From contig QPMI01000436.1 in NCBI GenBank assembly GCA_004431415.1, forward strand, positions 248,001 to 312,000: a stretch of 64,000 nt of DNA, in the 5' to 3' direction. Position numbers and translations under genes: made by a program. This document shows, piece by piece, positions 46,401 to 59,190 of this stretch. The notes under the pieces were generated by a model. The model saw nothing but the letters and a program-made list of their open reading frames with translations. It searched no databases and was not told the origin of the DNA. Positions within the stretch are counted from its first letter, which is position 1. Each line of letters begins with the position of its first letter. Source of the DNA: Cyanophora paradoxa CCMP329. Its lineage: Eukaryota; Plantae; Glaucophyta.

Positions 46401-49400
46401 GACAAAGTGTATCGATATTTTATTTGAGGACCTATTGCACCGGCCATGGCTATATATGCATATGCGTGAGCCTTCAGCTTCAAAGCGAGCACACCGCGAC
46501 GACCGTGGCTGCCGGATCAGACGGACACCGGTCAGTCACGACGATAGCTTGGCCGTAGACATTCCACGCTCCAGCCCCTGCAAAACTCTCCTTGTCAACC
46601 ACACGAGCAATCAGATTGTTGAGACTCTAACATATACAGTGCTAGTGTACCATACTCGTCGCCATGGTCAGGCATCATGCGGATTCCGTCCGTGTTGAAA
46701 GCGAATTCCTCCCCATTCATTGATACAGGCACCTCGAAGCGCATGACGAAATCCCGATACGATGACGGCCCAATCCAGCTCAAGCCTGCCTTCGTAAGCA
46801 GCGGCTGCAGACCCTGCAAACGATCGCGTGTACGATTAAAATAATAGTATTTTGTCGTAAGATCTAGATCTAGACAACGAGACTTTGCATGCCTCGGCAT
46901 TCGCACCTGAGTACTGTAAGAGCGCGAGACGAGGAGGTCTCTGGAGCAGGTCCCGAGGGGGGCGAACTTGCAGCTGCCGTCATCGGTCCAGTAGTCCGGC
47001 GCGTAGTCACGGTATGGACACATGACGGTGTCGAACACATCGAGGCGGAAGGGGCCTGTCTCGTTGCCGTAGCTAGCTGTGGGAACCAATCCTGGGCCTC
47101 CTGGAAAGTTTCCTTTCACAGGCTGGTATGAGATGGGACCGGGGCCCGCGATATTTTCTGGGTCAACGTTGCCCTGAACGAGAATGTAGTACGTGCCGGG
47201 TCGAATGGAGGTCCCTGCAGATCGCATTGAACGGCGCAAAGAGCCAGAACGATAACCATGGGATGAAGCTACCGTATCGGGTGTTGGTGTATCTTATCGT
47301 CCGGAACCACCCATACAGGCGCCGCTCGTACGACGGCATTGCCGGATTCCCAATGTAAACCGCGAGAGAAGGATACTTGAGCGCGAAATTGCGCAGCGTA
47401 ATTTCGAGCCCGTTGCTGCACGCGGGGGGCAGAGCAGTCAAGATGAGAGCTCCAAGGGCAACGCGCATATAGAATAGAACGCGCGCACTGGTCTTGCTCG
47501 ACGCGTAGGCGGGCGAGAAAGACGCCGGTGGCCTTGGCGGGCTCAGATGCGACGTCGAAGTCTGCGTCGCCCCACTTCAGCAGCTTGCGGTGCAGCTCGC
47601 TCGATCGTCCGACGGTCGTGTTTGCGGTGAAAGAGCAGACGCCGATCTCGCTGCCCGAGAAGAGAGACGCGTTGTACGCGGCGGGGCCAACCATTCCATT
47701 TGCACCTGCGGTCATGCATGCGCTCATTATATAATTAAATATTCATGTATGTTATAGTAAATAAACGAAGACGAAGTAAACGAAGGGTGTTGCCCACCGG
47801 GCAGAAGCATTTTGGTTGTGCTAAGGATCCGATTCGGGCTTCCGTTAAGGATCGAGGCCCGCATCGTGGAGACAGAGCCGTTTACCAGCGCATCCTCGAG
47901 AGCCTGCCGGCCCTGACACATCAACGAGGCAGCGCGTTTAATCTTGATAGATGGGCGCACGGCAAGCGAAGCAGCGGGGAAGGCCTGGCGGTAGAGGGCA
48001 GCGACGCCCGCAGCAATGCCCGCCGCGTAGGACGTCCCGTGGAAGATGCCGGTGGTGGCAGTGAAGCCGGGCAGGCCGTTCGCGCCCGCCACCGCCGCAG
48101 GCCGCAGCGCCGGCAAGCAGCGTCACGGCTGGCCTACCGCGACTCCCAATGGTGACGAGAACCTTCTCCAGACCTGAGCTCCAGCGTTATCGTAAGGAAT
48201 TTAAGCTTGGCCAGAGCGAAATGCAGGAAAAGAAGCTCACCGGCCAGCACGGCGCTGCTCGTTGCCGGGGCAATGCAGTTGCCGGTGGCACCTCCGGAGC
48301 GTGCGAAAGCCTTCACGGCGAAAAGCGTGGCCCCGGGCGCCGCGCCGAACGTGCGGCCCGCCGCGGCCGCGGCGACCGCAGTCCCGTGGGAGTCGGGTGA
48401 GCAGTCGCTCGCCCACTGCTCGCTGCTCTCGCTGTAGAGCGCCGAATCGACATCGTAGAGTCCGACCTATATACGAAATTAAAGATACGCAGGTCGAAGT
48501 CGACAATAGGCTTTAATTGGCATTCGCGATTGCATACCACGCGGCCTTCGAATTCGGCGTGTGAGGCGAGCACGCCCGTGTCAACGACGTATATGTCGAC
48601 GCCAGACCCGTTCACCGTTCCCCGATCAAACCGGCCGTCCAGCGGGCCTGATTGCTGGTCAAGCCTGCAGAGACAGCCGCAGTCAGGAGCGGTCGTGCAG
48701 CGACAGCTGCAGGAGCGTATGCGGGGCTCCGGGAGGGATCGCACCGGTCAAGGTGCCAGGGCACGACGTCGCCCCAGGGCTGCGGCCCGTAGCCGAGCGC
48801 CGTGAAGTCCACCGCTTGGGCGGGCGAGATGAGCTGCGCGGCGATCGAGCCCGAGTCGGTCCGTCGACGTCGGCATGCACCACATGCAGAAGTCAGCGCA
48901 GACCGAGTCGGGCACGATGAACTTGACGCGCGCGTGCTTCTCGAGCTCCGCCTTCACTGCGGCTGACATGCTGCAACGGGGCCCTCGATTCGAATGGGAG
49001 CTTTCTCGAGCTCAAGGGAATCCGAATCCGGAGGGCCGGGGGACTTCACTTAAGCTTCCAGGGGCCGGAGCCAAGGACTGGGGGAGGCTTGCAATTGGGG
49101 ATGGGACTGGGGCGGGGGGAGATCTAGATCTAGAGGGGCAGATTGGAGGGCCAGGGAGGGTTGTTGTTGGGGGGAGGGGGGGGGGGATGGGGGGCCCGGG
49201 GGGGCGGGCGGGCGGAGGGGGGGGGGGGGGGGTGCAGAGGAAGAGAGGGAGCTGGAGGGGGACCCGGGGGCGGGCAGAAGGAGGCAGTCCTAGTTGTGTA
49301 CAAATAAGATGCAATTAGGCTCTAGGGGACCGGGTGGGGTGGATGGGGGGGGGGGGATGGGACTGGGGCGGGGGGGGGCAGATCTAGAAGGGCAGGGTGG

Positions 49401-50458
49401 AGGGGCAGGGTAGAGGGGCAGGGTGGAGGGGCAGGTGGAGGGGGCGGGGGGCGGGGGGGGGGGGAGGGCGCCGGGGGGAGGGGGGGGGTGGGGGGGGAAG
49501 AGAGGAGGCAGTACTACGGATTCGCAAAGACTCATCGCGCGGCCGCCAAAGCCAAAGGGCGGCACCCGAACGGCAAAGGCAAGTGCGCACCTGGCGGAGA
49601 AGCCGCGGAAGGCGTGGAGGTAGGAGTGGTGGAAGCGGGCAGCGCTGCCGTGCCGGCGGGCGGCTGTCCGCGCGTGCTCGCGGACCGCCTCCACGAGCCC
49701 CTCGACCGCGGCCGCGGGCTCCGGCGCCTCGTCGAGATCCTTGAGCGCCACGATGTAGTTTAACAGCTCCTCTGCGCGCGCGCCAGCTTCAATTTGGGTC
49801 CAAGCTCGCGTGCGCATCCAAGCTTAGCCAACGTATGCATCAGTTAGATTTTCCACATGCGCGCACCGGTACCGTCTGTTGAGTTCAGGGCATCTGTATC
49901 GCGGAGCTCGAGGCCCGCCGCGTGCACGTGACCGGTACCGCGCAACTTCTCCAGTTCTCGTGGCAGCACCCCTTTAGAATTCGTGTATGTGGGCAGCGAT
50001 GCCGCCTCCGAAATCGTCGGAAGGACTGCTGCAGCTGCGCACGGCGCCAAGGCCAAGGCCAGGGCGGCCCATCAGGAACACGATCAAACGTGACAGCCGT
50101 GCAGGCCAGCGAGTTTGCAACCGTAAATACCCGAGAATGAGTAGGACTCCCGCGGCCGATCCGTATGATTGAGCGTGTATGTGTCATGAGATATCGATTC
50201 TGCACGCGCGCGGATCATGAGCGTGCTGCAATGCCAGGCGGCGCGTGAGACAGTCAGAGCTATATAGCTAGACCGCAATCATAGCGAATGCGCACCGTGC
50301 GAGTCGGACGAAGCAAAAGCTACGGCACACGTGACCAGCACCCCAACAACGAGCAGCTGCAGCTGCTCGACATGAGCTGCTCTAGATCTACGTGGACGTC
50401 GACGCGCCATTGCAATTGCAACTGACGCCGCTTTGCCGGGGGAGCCGCTGATCATCAT
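43455..50458 (-). CDS. Subtilisin-like S8 protease (I9-like prodomain) with long C-terminal extension; catalytic domain internally deleted/frameshifted
   Basis: Signal LLVVGVLVTCAVAFAS; prodomain YIVALKD..YLHAFRGFSA..VKFIVPD; PWHLD; GSGVDIYVVDTGV (Asp), DSHGTAVA (His), FHGTSYAAGIAAGVAAL (Ser); later YYILVQG / YYILVEG modules; last exon ends PVRRPDSV*. Confidence 0.8.
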
Positions 50459-51076
50459 GGGGCATGAGCTGCGTGATGAGCACTGCCAGGGCTGAGCAGT
50501 AGGCCGCCGGGCGGATCTGGATCGGAGATTCGGAGTCTGCGCTGCGCCGGGCCGCGGCCCGCGGGCACTGCGCCGCCGCCGGCCCGCCGGCAGTGCATGC
50601 GCAGCTGGTTCGAGTCCCGACTCCCGAGTCCCGACTCCCGAGTCCGCCCGGCAGTGGGCCGGCACCCGGGGCCGGGAGTCCGGGACCCGGGACCCGGGAG
50701 TCCGGGACTCCGGATCCGCCGATCCGATGATCCGGCCGCCTCAGCGGCCTGCAGGCTGCAGCTCCGAATCGTCTAGTAGTAGATCTGCTCTGATCTGGCG
50801 CCGACTGGCGGCGAGAGTGGCGCCGGCCAAGCGAGATATCGGCATTGATGGCGATCATGAATTCAAACTTGAAAATTCGAATCGCCGTCCATGGCCTTTT
50901 CGGCGACCAGTCGCGTCGTACCCTCAGACTGGGGGCCCAGTGGGGGGCTCAGAGCCTCAGGCCCTCAGACTGCCGCCGGGCCGCTCAGTCCCTCACTGGC
51001 TCAGCGCGGCAGCGCCTTGCAATTGCCAAGTTGGGCCCCCCGGGCCCCGGCCGCCCGGCCCCCCGGCGCCCCCGGG

Positions 51077-51646
51077 TAGGACCGTGGACCGGGCCGGGCC
51101 GACCCGGGTCGACCCGGTCGGGTCGGCCCGGCAAGCGGGTCGATCGGGCCGACCTCCCGACCCGGGTCAGACCCGATCCGGGCCCGAACCGGGTCGACCC
51201 GGGCCGGAGGGTCTTGGGTACACCCTTGGGGACCATTCTCCACCTTTCTGAAGCGTTGATAAATGCTGAGATCTTCGTCTATATTACACATACTATGTGT
51301 ATTGCACTTATATGTCGCACAGATGCATGCAGATGTACATGTACAGTGGACGTGGTTGCTTGATGGAATATACGTATACGTATACGTACCCCCCCGAAAC
51401 AGCAGAAGTTCGTTTCCGGAGCGCATAATGCATCTAGATATTGCAAATATTGCATCTTTATAATGTTTCTGCTGCATTAAAATTGTAGCACGTTTTCGAT
51501 GTAATTCATCACGTTTGCGGTGTTCTATCGGTCGAAAGCGGGATAGAAGTACCCCCCCAGGGCCGACCCGGGTCGACCCGGTCGGGTCGGCCTGGCGAGC
51601 GGGTCGGGTCGATCGGGCCGACCCCCCGACCCGGTCCACGCCCCTA
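51077..51646. mobile_element. Non-autonomous hAT element
   Basis: TIR TAGGACCGTGGACCGGG vs reverse complement TAGGGGCGTGGACCGGG; 8-bp TSD CCCCCGGG; subterminal CCGACCCG/CGGGTCGG arrays around an AT-rich core. Confidence 0.9.
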
Positions 51647-51816
51647 CCCCCGGGCCCCGGCCCGGAGTCGCCAACTCATGACTCATGAGTTCTCGGCAAC
51701 TTCTCAGTCTCCGAGTCTCGCTTGCCGGGTTGGAGTCTTTGAGACCCGGGGTCCCGGACTCGGGTCCCGGAGTCCGAGTCGCTCCTCCATACGTACTAGT
51801 ATACGGTATACTGTGA

Positions 51817-52030
51817 TACTGGAGCCCGAAATTAGTGGACTGACTCGAGCTCAGCAAGTCAAGAATCTCAAGATACCGCGTTGGTAATATATATATACCG
51901 CGCTCAGTTAAATACCGCGGTACCAAATAACGCGGTACCGCGTTAATTTGGTGCCGCGTTAATTCTCTAGGATCGAGGGCCAGGTTTGACACCGCGTTAA
52001 TTTACGCCGCAGTAATTTATTGCCCGACGG
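51817..52030 (-). mobile_element. Partial MITE C copy adjoining a family B internal motif
   Basis: 51960-52030 is the reverse complement of the 26521 terminus; ATACTGGAGCCCGAAATTAGTGGACTGA at 51817 matches 62393. Confidence 0.75.
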
Positions 52031-52106
52031 GAGTATAGGCTCAGTAGGGCCGGTACTACCGCTCAGGCGCTCACTATTAGGCTGTACAGCCTGTACTAGG
52101 CTCGAC

Positions 52107-52335
52107 TAGGGTTGGCCGGTTGAAATTTCAAGCCATTGAAAATACAGAGGCTCACAGAGTGAGAGTGAACTCGACAAAAGACAGTTGAGAGTGAAAGAGA
52201 CTCTCCGCAGTGCGCAGGGTCTCTGCAAATGCTGCACTGCCGTTTGAAATTTCAATTGAAATTTCAAATCTTTCAAAGGGTCGATTTTCAGTTTCAACGC
52301 CAATTTTCTGTATTTCATGAAATTCACCAACCCTA
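52107..52335. mobile_element. hAT MITE
   Basis: TAGGGTTGG...CCAACCCTA TIR, 8-bp TSD GGCTCGAC on both sides, TGAAATTTCA subterminal repeats. Confidence 0.92.
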
Positions 52336-52612
52336 GGCTCGACTGAGTCGCCTCGGCCCTCAGCCTTGGGCCTCAGCCCTGGCAGCCTGGCAGTGGCTGG
52401 CACCCTGGAGCACGCCCGCGCCTAGTTATATAAGAGGAGGCACAGGCTTAGCGCGCGCGGGCGCCAGCTGTTTAGGTCTACGTATGCCTATAGCTAGGCC
52501 TATGGCTAGCTACAGGCTTGATCATGAGCCCGCGGCTCCAGCTGCAGCTGCTTTGGAGGAGTCTGGGTCGACGTCGACGTCGCGGTCCAGATATCGATGC
52601 ATATGCATACGA

Positions 52613-55096
52613 ATGGCTCGCATGCACGCGCCCGCCGGATGCGCGGCATTCGCTCTAGATCGATATCTCGCACTGCACCGGGACATATGCATATACATCC
52701 TGCTGGCACTCTCGATCGCGGCGACCACAGCTGCAGATGGCGAGCTCGAGCTCGGCGTTCTGTGCAGCGAAATCCAGCCGGAGTACAGCCTAAAGGTGTG
52801 CCATAATCATGATTACGATCGCGGCATCGATACCCGAGGCGCGCGCGATCTCGTCGCTGCTTTAACTGACGCTCAATTGCAACTGCCCCGGCAGCTGGAG
52901 CTCACAACGAACGAGGAGTACACGCGCTCGCTCTTCTGGTCCCAGGCCCGGGACATGACCATCGAACTGTGGGCCAGAGTCCACCCGGACCGCATCGAAT
53001 CGACATCCAACGAAAACGTGCTTAGCCCGGCCTGGTCCGCGCTCACAACGCCAGCGGCCCGTTGGATTCTCCCGAACTCGACCTGTACGGTGCCCCAGGC
53101 CTCTCGTGCTTTTCTTATTCAAGAGCCTCCGCTTGGCTTATCCGCTGGCGGCTGGAGGGTTCGCGCCCCGGAGGGCGTCCAGAGCGCTAGCACTCTGTCG
53201 GGGAGGCGCCCGGCGGAGGCGGCCTTCTGGACACACTACGCGTTTGTGCTCCATGGACAGTCCGGCAAATTAGGCGTTCACTTGAACGGCTGTGCCGCAT
53301 CTAATAACTGTGCCCATCACGGGGTACGTCCCCGCACCCAACAGCGCACCTGCTCTCCGCTGGTCGTTCATGGAGCTTAATCAAGCCATGGCCAAGCCGA
53401 CCGCTATCCGCGAGATAAGCCGACCTTGAGGCTCGCGACCTCCCCCCCCCCCCCCCCCCCCCCCCCTTCCAGCCACCCCTCTCCCCCTCCCAACCTTCCA
53501 GCCACCCCTCTCCCCTCCCAACCTTCCAGCCACCCGGTCTCCCCCTCCCCCCTTCCAGCCACCCCGTCTCCCCCTCCCATGGCCATCTGCCGATTTTCTG
53601 CCCCTACATGTACATATTAATATTCATATTCCGAGTTCTATTCCAGATTCGCGTCTGGGGGCGGGCTCTGGACTCGAGTGAAATCGCAGCCAGCCGGTTC
53701 CGGCGCATCCGCAGCGGCGCCGACAACTACACCACGAACTTTTCCGACCTCAAGATCAACCGTGAGCGCGCGCCCCCCGGCCCGGCCCCAATTGCAACCC
53801 GCGCGCGTGCTTCCTCGCGATATCACGCCCTCTAAACGCCCTCTTGCTCTCAGTCCCGCTCGACTCTGGTGCTCCCGGGACGGACTTCAACGTGTCGACC
53901 ATCATCAACGACGCTGACTGCTCGCCCAAGCCTCTGACTGCCGTCCAGAACGGCAGCGCCCGCTGGGTGCAGTCGGACCCCGGGTTCTGCAGCGGCTTCC
54001 ATGGCGGCGTCCTCCCTGCGAACTACACCGCACGCACCTGTCCTGCAGCAGTCGACAAGAGCGAGATTCCATGCAGTGAGATTCGACCGGATGCCGGTGG
54101 CAGCGTGAAGGTGAGCTGGCGGCGCGGTCGGATCTGTGTTTTATGCCGCGCTCATCATTGCGCAGCTGGAGCTCACCACAGACGAGGACTACACGCGCTC
54201 GTTCTTTGTCTCCGAAACGCAGGGGATGACTGTGGAGTTCTGGGCGAGGCTGGGCCGCTTCAACGCCACCTCCCCCGCGAGCGCCGTCAGCCTGGTCCGG
54301 GCCTCCAACCGTACAACAAACACTACAGTTCTGGACATCACCGGTGACCGGATCTGCTGTTTGTTCACGCTTAAGCTTGCAGTTCGTTGACCGGATCCGC
54401 TGATTCGCCGTGCTTGTTTCCGGATCCCTGGAGCGCAGTCTATGACAGCATAATTTTCAACATGGTGCTCAACGGGGCGCATGTTGAACCTGGCTGGATG
54501 GGGGACACAGACTGGACTTACTGGACACACTACGCCTTTTCCTTCCGCTCTCGGTCTACACAGAACCCGTATCCCTCTTCCGAGACGCTGATGGACTTGT
54601 TCGTAAACGGCACATACAGGCCACCCATGCTTATAGGATTCAACGTACCGCTGCAGCCACGAGAAAGCATTCCTGCCCTCCGGTGGTCCTTCTTGCAGAT
54701 GACCGCAACAGAGCCCCCGAACCTCATCCGTGATGTGAGTATATATCGCCTTCAACTTTTGTTTAGGGGCAACATTATCTGGGGCCCGGGGATCTCCGCA
54801 TGCATGTGTCTAGGGGCACTATCTAAATCTAAAATTTCTGCATGTTATCGCGACGCTCCCATATATAGGCCAAAGTGCTTCACGGCGCGACGGCCGCGGC
54901 GGGCATCCCGTACGTCTCCGCAGCCGCTACCGCCGCCCCACTCTCGGTCCGCCCCCGGCAAACGGCCCGTCTCATCGATATCCGCCGTCTGCTGATTCAG
55001 AGAGCGTCGCATGCGCAGGGCATCGAGCTCCGGTTTGCATGGAGCCTGACCGTCGCCACGTTCGCGACCGCCGTCTTTCAGTTCCTCTGCAGCTGA
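52613..55096 (+). CDS. Secreted tandem LamG/concanavalin-A-like domain protein, probably internally truncated
   Basis: Hydrophobic leader IYILLALSIAA; two repeats CSEI.P...K|LELTT.E.YTRS.F...MT[IV]E.WAR...WTHYAF...[LV]NG; IRVWGRALDSSEI only in the first; hydrophobic C-terminal exon to TGA at 55096. Confidence 0.65.
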
Positions 55097-56204
55097 CGTC
55101 GACCGGCGTCACCGATCGCGGCTGACGTTTCGACGTCGACCGTGGGATCGCAATTGCACGCGTCATCCGTCTCTATTTGAAGCCAGGCATATCATCCGTC
55201 TCTCCATTGTACGCCTCATCCATCACACGTACGCGTGCAATAGGTTTTTTTATTAATTTACATTTGAATCGTTAATCGTTCGAAGGGGTTGAAGGGGGTA
55301 TCGTTAAGGGGTGAAGGGGGTATCGCTGATTTGTCGTGCCCCCGGGCCCGGGCCTACAGCTACATGAAGCCACAGGCCTCGCCAAGTATTGATGAGGTGT
55401 CTTTTGAATAAACAACAAGTAAGTGTCAATGCCATGTTTTTGAGTGTCAAACTGTTTGTGTGTATGCATGCCATTGCGGTACTATGTCCACATTGGGCAT
55501 TGGTCTTGTAATCGGAGAATCGTGGCCAATAAAAAAGGTGCGAAGCGAATCATGCAATTGCAAATCGAATTTATATTATCAATTCATATGTACAACTGGT
55601 ACGTTACCATAGATGTAAATCTAGCTATCGCGTGCGAATGTTGAGATGTTGACAAGCTAGAAAGCGAGACCACCTTTAATGTAAGTATGCGATTGCGAAC
55701 TGAATTCTCGAACTCCAATTGCGAGCTCAAGCTTTGAGATATCTGCTGCACCCGCGAGCCGGATCCATCGGGTGGCGGACGCAGACGCTGTGCGCCCTCT
55801 TGTACATCGAGTCGAAGGGAACGCCCGCCTCCCTCCCAGGCGGGAGCGCGTCGACCGCCATCAGCGTCACTGGCGCGCTCGCCGCGTACAAGTTCCGGCT
55901 ATGGTCTGCGTCGCGGGGCAGCTGTACGGCGCTGCGAGCTCCAGCGGGACCTGTGGCTATATGTGAAGGCGGCCTGTGGCCGGATTTATGAGAAGCTTAA
56001 ACGAAGGCAATGCTGCCTGACTCGCAATTGACTGATTTGCTGGCGGGGTCAAATGAATTATAATCTGCGTCCGGGCTGACGATTGCTGGGCCGGAGCCCA
56101 GGACTGGCGCTGACGTGACTGTCGCTGATGGGATGCACCGACACTTGCAATTTATTAAAATCGAATTGTATACAACGGGCCCTGGCCTGCGACCAGCCGC
56201 GGCC

Positions 56205-56915
56205 GCTGCAGACGTCCACGCCCACGACCTGCCTCGTCGACTCTTATGTGGACACGAAAGCGAGGGCCTTACAATTGATTTGATTCGTTTCTGTGTCTAT
56301 TGATCCAAATTTGCGCTTCGTACGTAGCAACGTTCCTGACTTCGCCCTCGCGCAGTTGACGTACACCTGCCTAAATGCGCGCGGTTTCGATCCCGCGACC
56401 AGTGCCTGCATCAACGTCGTGCTTGCGGCCGACGGAAACTCCGTGAGACTGTTGGGATTGCAATTAGGACTTTGTTTTTAAATCAAAGATCACAAGCTTG
56501 TCGCTTACACATACGGTAAGCCGGGGCGGCGTGGAATAACACTGCGAGCTCTTTGCCTCCCGGCCCGCTTGTCCCTCCGACAATTTCTACGAACCCTGCG
56601 CAAGATTCTGAGATCTCAATTTTCGATCTCGCTCCCCAACTCCCCATCCCGCAGCGGCCTTGCAGCCTGCAGTTCGCCCCGCGGCCGATATGCGCTTGCT
56701 CGCTGATGTTCGCCTTTGACAATATCCCTCGCCGCAGTCTGCCGGCGCCCTTGCTTCCCGCGACCTCTGCCTCTGTGGTTCGCGGGGCGGTTTTAACGCC
56801 GTTCTGTCGGAGTTGCCAGTTGACCGAAATCACGCAGATCACGATTCTTAAGGGGGAACCCAGCACGTTCGACCCGACGAAGGCTGCTGACGATCTTCGG
56901 GGCGAGCTCGGCAGT
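56205..56915 (+). pseudogene. Orphan exons of an extracellular-type protein
   Basis: Exon-like TSTPTTCLVDSYVDT, NVPDFALAQLTYTCLNARGFDPATSACINVV, LTEITQITILKGEP flanked by partly decayed splice sites; no start or stop found. Confidence 0.35.
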
Positions 56916-57444
56916 TCGATCTGCTACCTGCACTTTTTATTGAAGCCTCGTCCTCTTGGAGAAGAGCCGGCCCTACAGCTAAGACAAACCAGCTTGCCTG
57001 AGCATGCCGCTGAGCCCCCCGTGCATTTCCCGCGGCGCACCAGGCGGCCCGGCCTTCTGCTAGTAATCAGGTTGAAATCAGGCTGAATCAGGCTCGGCTG
57101 CCTCCGCCCCGCCCCCTGCACGCGCAGCCGGCCCAGCCCCCAGCACCGCGCGCGCACACACAAAAGCATTGAAACTTGCATTGCACATATATATGAGGAT
57201 CACTGTTCGACATCTAAACGTGCCGATGTGCACACGCCAACGAAGACACACCAAAGACTTGCTTATCTTGCTCCGCGGCAGCCGCCGGGACCGCGCCGCT
57301 GCCTGCACCGCCCAACCGAGAGCTAATCATTTAAGGCCTGGGCGGGCGGGACGGGGTGGGGGCGCTCAAGGCTGGGAAGTCTAATCAGGCTGACTGGGCG
57401 GGGAAGTTGTTGAATTCAAAAGATAATTGTTTTATCGGGCGGGC

Positions 57445-58662
57445 AGGTGAGCTGACGCGGGTGACGCCCAGGCAGAGCATCATGGATGCCATCAGCTGCA
57501 GGCAGGCTTTTCAAGGGCGCCCGGCTTGTGCGTCCACATAAATCTGGATTGATCATGATTGATTGTCGCTTGCTCTTCTAATGACGCGGGCACTGGAACC
57601 GCTCGCTTGTGCAGGTACAGAGAGGCAGTGGTGCTTAATCAGAAAGAGCTGAGCAACATCGGACCACGATCGCGAGAGGCTATCATCCAGTGGGGCGGCC
57701 ACGATCGCGAGAGGCTATCATCCAGTGGGGCGGCCACGAGCCGGCGCTGCGCTTGCAAGGGCCCCAAGACTCCGGTCGTGACGGGCATTACAATCCGGTG
57801 CCTCACGCCTGCGGAAACAGCGGTGCTGATCACAGGCGAAAGCCAAGCCACCGTCGAGAGCTGCTCCGTATCCAGTGCGGGCTATGGCATCAGAGTTACC
57901 GGCCCGGGAACACACCCGAAGCTCTACGGCGGGCAGCCCGACCCTCTCTTCCTCTAGACCTATTAAGGGGGTATTCAATTGCAGCTAGGGCTCATAGAGC
58001 TCATCTAGATCTTTCAACCTCGGGCTTCTCTCCATTCGTCGAGCCCATCTCGATCATTCCATTGCAACATTGCAACGCGCAGGGAACTCGGGACTGCTGC
58101 GGCCTGGCGGGAATAGTCTTCACGCAGTCGGCTAAAGGCAATGCAGAGGACAGCTTCGTATTTCAGAACGAGAAGTTGGGCATTGTAACCTGTGACGGGG
58201 AAGACCCCGCCGTGCGGAACAACGTGTGCGCACACATCAATTCTCCTCGTTCTCCCATTGATTGAAACATCTTTTTTCTCCCATCAATCAATTAATTCCA
58301 CTCTTCCCCCCTTTTCCCCTAACATGTGAATTCCGCTTTCCATTCCCCTTTTAGATTTGAGTTCCCCTTTCGATCGTCGACGCGGGCCCGGGGTGGCGGC
58401 AGATTGCGAGACCAGGAGCGTGGGATCTGCATGCACAGTCGACGTCGGAGCCAGGGGGGTGATCTCAAGTAACAGGGTCATGCGCATCAGGGACCAGTTC
58501 TACGGGACCCAAGGTGTGAAGGTCGATTTTGGCAGCACACCCACCGTGTGGGGGAACACGTTTTTGTCGTTCCGGTACCTGCGGCGCTACGAGGAGTTAG
58601 AGCGGGGGGAAGAATCGGAGGGGGATGCCGCCGCCGCGCGCCTGGCGACGAGCTTCTCGTAG
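57445..58662 (+). CDS. Right-handed parallel beta-helix (PbH1) protein, 5'-incomplete or decaying
   Basis: SIMDAI..YREAVVL..IGPRSREAIIQ..VVTGITIRC..ATVESCSVSSAGYGIRV..AGIVF..QNEKLGIV..PAVRNN..GVKV..PTVWGNTF. Confidence 0.55.
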
Positions 58663-58959
58663 TTCTCCATCCGTCCCCCCGGTCCCCCCGGTCCCCCCCC
58701 TCCCCTCCCCTTCCTCCCTCCCCCCCCTCCCACCCCCCCGCCCCCCCTCCCCCCCCTCCCGGTTCCTGCACTCCCCTGGGCCCCGTCCGTCCTCTCGTCC
58801 TCTCATCTACTCCCATTCTTCTTCACCACCGGAGCCTGAACCCCGCTACCCGTGATCGTCATTGTATTCCCGCTTTCGGCATTCGATGAACGCGTGCGGG
58901 ATGCCCCTCAACCGATGACAGCTGATCGTGATCATGAGCCAGACTGATCACTTAAAGCG

Positions 58960-59190
58960 CCGTCGCCCGGGTGGTTGTGCCCCGGACTGGGCGGACAACG
59001 AGCTCGCCCTCTGGACCTCCTCTCTTTACCCCGCCCTCGCCTGGTCCAGCGACACCTCTTCTCACCTCGACGTGCTCAAGTACATGTACGAAAATAGGAA
59101 GACTTTCCCTTTGAATTCGAAGGTTTTCAAGCGGCAGCAATGCCGCCCAGCCACCTCTGTTCATAGCGAGCGTGGTATTTCCGTTGGCAG
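58960..59190 (+). mobile_element. hAT transposase C-terminal dimerisation-domain remnant
   Basis: NELALW...LDVLKYMYENRKTFPLNSKVFKRQQCRPATSVHSERGIS resembles the hAT motif DPLxWW...FPxL...PATSxxSERxFS; (CAGTGCA)n arrays at 59445-59550 may be its 3' subterminal region. Confidence 0.75.

Noticed and set aside
46006-46698. 230-aa plus-strand ORF
   Set aside because: Antisense to subtilisin-gene exons; no recognisable motif.
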